Shown: piece after piece, positions 59,926 through 64,000 of the stretch | Layout: each line of letters begins with the position of its first letter | Numbering within the stretch: the stretch's first letter is position 1 | NCBI GenBank assembly: GCA_965237955.1 | Contig: OZ250169.1 | Coordinates: forward strand, 3,296,001-3,360,000 | Source of the DNA: Candidatus Marinacidobacterales bacterium | GTDB taxonomy: Bacteria > Acidobacteriota > Vicinamibacteria > Marinacidobacterales > SMYC01 | Direction: 5' to 3' | Length of the DNA: 64,000 nucleotides | Program-made: the position numbers and the translations under genes | The notes under the pieces: generated by a model | What the model was told of the DNA's origin: nothing | The model's input: only the letters and a program-made list of their open reading frames with translations | Databases searched by the model: none

Positions 59926-60026
59926 CCGACCCTTGGGCTGCGGGGCGAGCTGCGGGCAGCGGACTGCGCACCCGGAAGCCCCTCATTAGACTGGACTTTA
60001 TCGAGCACAAGAGCGAACGTTCGGTG

Positions 60027-60464
60027 ATGCCGCAGAATACAGGGGTTGGCCGGAACGTCGTTTTGGACGGTTTGGACTTCGCCAGCTTACAGCGGGTCTG
60101 GGAGCAGGCCTTCGGGGCTGCTCCCCCACGCTCGCTCTCTCGCGTTTTCCTGTGCCGTGTTCTGGCGTACGAACGCCAGTGCCGGACTCATGGCGGGCTT
60201 TCGGCCGCAACCCGGCGCGCTCTGGCCGCCATGGCGAACGGGACGCCAGGCAACGGCGCCGCCGCTCCCGCAGGGTCCGTTTCTGCCGGCACCCATCTCG
60301 TCCGCGAGTGGAATGGCCGGACCTACCAGGTCGAGGTAATCGACAACGGCTATCGGTTCGATGGCAAAACCTATCCGTCCCTCACTACCATCGCAAAGCG
60401 AATCACCGGCACCCACTGGTCAGGACCACGCTTTTTCGGTCTGACGCCCAAGCGCAAGGCCTAA
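60027..60464 (+). CDS. DUF2924 domain protein
   Basis: LAYERQ...GGLS, GTHLVREWNG, Y.SLTTIAKRITGTHWSGPRFFGL. Confidence 0.88.
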   Translation: MPQNTGVGRNVVLDGLDFASLQRVWEQAFGAAPPRSLSRVFLCRVLAYERQCRTHGGLSAATRRALAAMANGTPGNGAAAPAGSVSAGTHLVREWNGRTYQVEVIDNGYRFDGKTYPSLTTIAKRITGTHWSGPRFFGLTPKRKA

Positions 60465-60465
60465 C

Positions 60466-62127
60466 ATGAAGAAAATCCGTTGCGCCATCTATACGCGAAA
60501 GAGCGCGGAAGAGGGTCTCGAACAGGAGTTCAACTCCCTCGATGCGCAGCGAGAGGCCTGCGCCGCGTATGTCGCGAGCCACAAGGCGGAGGGCTGGGTG
60601 CTGCTGCCAACCGTCTACGAGGACGCGGGGATCTCGGGAGGAACCCTGGAGCGCCCGGGCCTGCAGCGCTTGCTCGACGACATCGATGCAGGTCTCGTCG
60701 AGCAGATCGTGGTCTACAAGGTCGACCGACTGACCCGTTCCCTCTCCGACTTTGCGAAGCTCGTCGACCGGCTCGACGCGGCCAGCACCGGGTTTGTCTC
60801 GGTGACCCAGTCCTTCAACACCGCGACCAGCATGGGACGACTGACGCTGCATATGCTGCTGTCCTTCGCACAATTCGAGCGGGAGGTCACGGCCGAGCGG
60901 ATCCGCGATAAGGTCGCTGCCTCCAAGCGCAAGGGACTATGGATGGGCGGCCGCGTACCGCTCGGCTATGAGAAGGACGAGCGCACGCTGCGCATCAACG
61001 AGGCTGAGGCCGAAACGGTCCGGACGCTCTATGCGCTGTACCGGAAGCACGGAACGCTCCGGCAGGTGAAGGCCGACGCGGACCGTCTGAGACTGCGCAC
61101 CAAGCAACGCTTCGCCGCGGATGGAACCCGGACAGGCGGGCTGCCGTTCCGTCGCGGACACCTTCACTGCCTGCTGACCAATCCTCTCTACGCCGGCCGC
61201 ATCCGGCACCAGAGGCGTGTCTACGAGGGCCAGCATCCATCGATCATTGCTCCGGAGCTCTGGGACGCGGTCCAGGCGCAGCTGCAGGCAGGGGCTGCCA
61301 AACCAAGGAGACGCACGACGAAGGGCCGTGCAGCCCGTTCCCCACTGGCAGGCAAGCTCTTCGACGAGACCGGGGACCGGCTGACGCCGAGCCACACCAA
61401 AAAGAAAAACGGGCAACGGCTCCGCTACTACGTCTCCCGGCGCCTCATCCAGCACAGTGGCCAAAAGGACCTCTCCGGCTGGCGGCTGCCCGCCCCGATG
61501 CTGGAACAGACCGTCGTGCATCTCATCCGACAGCATGTGGATGCCACGACTTTCTCGGCCTCGTTGATCCACACTCCGACGATGCAAGAGCTTGCCTCGG
61601 TGGGTCGCTTTTTAGACGGGCTGTGTTCCGATACTAATGATGATAGTGCCTCGGCAGCCCCCCTGCTCCGTCTTATCCGGCGGGTCGACATCAGCCCTGG
61701 CTCTGTGTCCATCCTGCTCGACCGCAATGCGTTCGCTGCTTGCCTCTCTATGGGACCTGACCGCATTCGCGAGGATGCACTCCGCATCCTCGCACCGTTC
61801 CGCTTGCGCCGACGCGGCGTCGAGACCAAGCTCGTTCTGGGCAACCCCACGAAATCCGTCGACCGCACACTCCTGCGCAATATCAGAAACGCCCGCTCCT
61901 GGCTCGACCGAATCAAAGCAGGCAAAACCTATGAGGAGATTGCCACCGAAGACGCCATCCCAACGGACCGCGTGCGCAAGGCAATCCGTTATGCCTTCCT
62001 GGCTCCTGACATCGTCCGCGCCATTGTCGAAGGCCGCCAGCCCGTTGGGCTGACCTCGAGCTACCTCTTGCATCATCCGCTTCCCGACGATTGGGAGAAA
62101 CAGCGAGTGCTCGTCAAAACGCTGTGA
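60466..62127 (+). CDS. Large serine recombinase
   Basis: CAIYTRKS, FNSLDAQRE, YKVDRLTRS, SFAQFERE..ERIRDK, GGRVPLGY, NPLYAG. Confidence 0.92.
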   Translation: MKKIRCAIYTRKSAEEGLEQEFNSLDAQREACAAYVASHKAEGWVLLPTVYEDAGISGGTLERPGLQRLLDDIDAGLVEQIVVYKVDRLTRSLSDFAKLVDRLDAASTGFVSVTQSFNTATSMGRLTLHMLLSFAQFEREVTAERIRDKVAASKRKGLWMGGRVPLGYEKDERTLRINEAEAETVRTLYALYRKHGTLRQVKADADRLRLRTKQRFAADGTRTGGLPFRRGHLHCLLTNPLYAGRIRHQRRVYEGQHPSIIAPELWDAVQAQLQAGAAKPRRRTTKGRAARSPLAGKLFDETGDRLTPSHTKKKNGQRLRYYVSRRLIQHSGQKDLSGWRLPAPMLEQTVVHLIRQHVDATTFSASLIHTPTMQELASVGRFLDGLCSDTNDDSASAAPLLRLIRRVDISPGSVSILLDRNAFAACLSMGPDRIREDALRILAPFRLRRRGVETKLVLGNPTKSVDRTLLRNIRNARSWLDRIKAGKTYEEIATEDAIPTDRVRKAIRYAFLAPDIVRAIVEGRQPVGLTSSYLLHHPLPDDWEKQRVLVKTL

Positions 62128-62986
62128 GCCTGCCAGCGCCCACTTCGTGAATGGGCTCGGTTAGCAGCAAGCTGCTCTCCGACACTGGCCTCCACCAATC
62201 AGCCTCAAACTCGCCCAAATTCCCTGTCATGGTTTCCAGACTCGGATAGCCTCCTTGTACTGGACCGTCTGCGGAGTCATCTTCGTTTCCTCCATAAAAC
62301 TCCGCTGGATGAATTCGAGGTTTGGCCAATTCGAATTTCGCTATTCGCCTTCTCCTCAGGCGCGATCTAGGCGTAGAGCGTCTTCTCATTGTCTGCGCGA
62401 TTAAGTGGAAAAACGACACGATAAGCCCCAAAATCGCCCCAAATTGCACGCTAAGGACCTGTTTTGCTCTGTTTCTGATCGTTTCCAGCCAAGAACCGGA
62501 AGCTCCACTCGAGCCTCCCGACTGCGATAGCCGGAAAGATGTTCCCGTCGACGAACATTCGCTGATGAGACGTAAAGCCTTTTGCGACAATGAGTAACGG
62601 TCGGAGCCGCCTCCGGAGGGTTTACGACACGGCCCTCTTTCAAGCGTCCAGGAGGTTGAGATTGCCGTATAGAAAATTTGATTGAAGCAAATTCGATTCC
62701 GGCTCGAACGACCACCCGTCGATAATGCGTGCGGGGACCAGCACGTGACAGCGGCCGTTAAATCACTGTAGGGGAAGAGGATGGAACGAAATTGGCATCA
62801 TGGTTGAAACCCGAGAGGGCGTAAAACAGCCTTTTCGCAAAACCTGTGTACGCGTCAAAAAAGTCAAAAAATGCGCGAAACTCGAAACCTCCTGAATCTC
62901 CACTGAATTTTCTGTTTGAGGATTTCCGCCAAAAGCTGGACCACCTTTTACCGAGACCGGATAGCTCCAACCTGCACCATCCGCCA

Positions 62987-63043
62987 CCCCGTCCTGTGCC
63001 AAAACTCGGCCCTTTTGAAACAGACCATAACTCAGCAGCTTAG
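62987..63043 (+). repeat. Left-end repeat of the rve element family, followed by a transposase start
   Basis: CCCCGTCCTGTGCCAAAACTCGGCCCTTTTGAAACAGACCATAACTCAGCAGCTTAG; downstream MMTYPVQFLLLVLA / GWVSRQQQEVI at ~63118-63190. Confidence 0.88.
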
Positions 63044-63305
63044 CGTCTGTGTTTGCGACCGGCCCAAGGGCCGTGGGCTTTACAATCGTCTAGCCCGAGG
63101 GTGTTATCTTCAGATCCATGATGACGTACCCCGTACAATTCCTACTGCTCGTTCTGGCTGGGTCAGCCGCCAGCAGCAGGAAGTGATTGTCCAGACGGAG
63201 ACCGGGCGAACCACCATGGACGCGCTTCGAGAGCAGGTCCGGCGAATCGCGGAAGCCTGTGGCGCTCCGATTAACTAGCCGGTCCAATCGGGCTATAATC
63301 TCGAC

Positions 63306-63539
63306 ATGCCGATCTTCGAATACGCCTGCTTGGAATGCGACAAACGCTTCGAGTCGCTTGTCCTGAGTTCGAGCGAGGACGTGCCGCGCTGTCCTTCCTG
63401 CGAGAGCGGCAAGCTGGAAAAGCAGCCTTCAGTCTTTGCGGTCAGTAGTGGAAACGGGGCGGCGGCTGCAGCTGAGGCACCCGGGGCCTGTGGATCTTGC
63501 GGTGACCCTCAAGGCCCGGGTTCTTGCTCGCTGAACTGA
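63306..63539 (+). CDS. FmdB family zinc ribbon protein
   Basis: MPIFEYACLEC..FE..CPSC; C-terminal CGSC; TATAAT 6 nt upstream of the ATG. Confidence 0.88.
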   Translation: MPIFEYACLECDKRFESLVLSSSEDVPRCPSCESGKLEKQPSVFAVSSGNGAAAAAEAPGACGSCGDPQGPGSCSLN

Positions 63540-63584
63540 GCTTTTCCCGGAAGACGACGCAATACGCATCGAACTAGTCGGTGC

Positions 63585-63726
63585 CTGTGAGGTCAAAATA
63601 CTCATGCGGCTTCCCGATGGTAGAAACGTAACAACCCGCCAAGCCGTTCACGGGAGCGCACCATAGAAACTAAGCTGCTGATTTATGGTCTATTTCAAAA
63701 GGGCCGAGTTTTGGCACAGGACGGGG
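63585..63726 (-). mobile_element. Miniature deletion derivative of the rve element
   Basis: Left-end repeat (63670-63726, reverse) joined directly to the transposase C-terminus VRSRERLGGLLRFYHREAA* and a right-end-like GTATTTTGACCTCACAGG. Confidence 0.75.
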
Positions 63727-63864
63727 TTACCTGTGATAATTACAGCCCAAATAGCGCTCACGACCTTCGCCGCACGGTAAATGGAGCGTAAGCGCTTTTT
63801 TGCAAAGGGATACGTACACATCGCCAACAGCAAACAGCGCAAGCACCCGCGAGAAGCTAGGTCC

Positions 63865-63996
63865 GCGTCGTGTTCAAAAAACACAAACGCGTTGCCAAGC
63901 CCTTGATGGTGGCGCTCTCCATGATAATGATAGATGAACTCGGCGACGGCCCCGCGCGCAGGTCTTAGAGTTCGTTTGTATTTTTGGACACGACGC
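63865..63996. mobile_element. ~135-bp MITE-like element, copy 2
   Basis: Colinear with and highly similar to 59141-59274; ends GCGTCGTGTTCAAAAAA and TTTTTGGACACGACGC. Confidence 0.82.
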
Positions 63997-64000
63997 GCGC

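Noticed and set aside
62114-63002. Minus-strand ORFs in the lower-GC stretch after the recombinase
   Set aside because: No recognisable family or start context; possibly a decayed foreign gene, but unsupported.
55698-63726. Dispersed ~55-bp repeats as a CRISPR array or as attC sites
   Set aside because: Spacing is irregular (0.7-3 kb), orientations are mixed, no cas genes are present, RYYYAAC/GTTRRRY boxes are absent, and the repeats adjoin transposase fragments.
62987-63726. Inward-facing repeats as a single element carrying fmdB
   Set aside because: The right repeat is better explained as the left end of its own miniature element ending near 63585, so capture of fmdB is not established.

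Overview
High-GC bacterial chromosome segment. The gene set (kinase-associated ECF sigma factor, futalosine-pathway mqnD, Uma2 nucleases, rve-type transposase remnants) suggests Acidobacteriota or a similar lineage; this is inference only. Bases 0.6-49.7 kb are mostly housekeeping and metabolic genes: GGT, S9 peptidase, an hcrCAB-like molybdoenzyme operon running into a queuosine-salvage gene, accD-folC, folK-dNK, fadD-gatB-ftsE, ftsX, mqnD, coaX and acnA. This part shows signs of decay: premature stops, orphan gene fragments, an ISL3 inside a Ser/Thr kinase, and a ~0.93 kb inversion that breaks two genes. From ~49.7 kb the window is accessory. It holds a frameshifted integron integrase with its cassette array downstream and co-oriented (attI, a TA cassette, a clear attC, a truncated cupin cassette). 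It also holds two inverted IS5/IS903-like copies, many ends and miniature derivatives of one rve-integrase element family, IS21 and IS6 scars, an Lgt + chalcone-isomerase-like pair, and a DUF2924 + serine recombinase module. The best novelty candidates are: (1) the XDH-family enzyme with Gln in place of the catalytic Glu, coupled to a Q-salvage hydrolase with a Tat-like N-terminus; (2) the highly structured ~480-nt non-coding leader inside the ISL3; (3) the reverse-orientation integron; (4) the repeat-end/MITE scaffold bracketing cargo genes. No rRNA, tRNA or CRISPR array was seen. All family calls come from motif recognition by eye, not database searches, and frameshifts could be sequencing errors.
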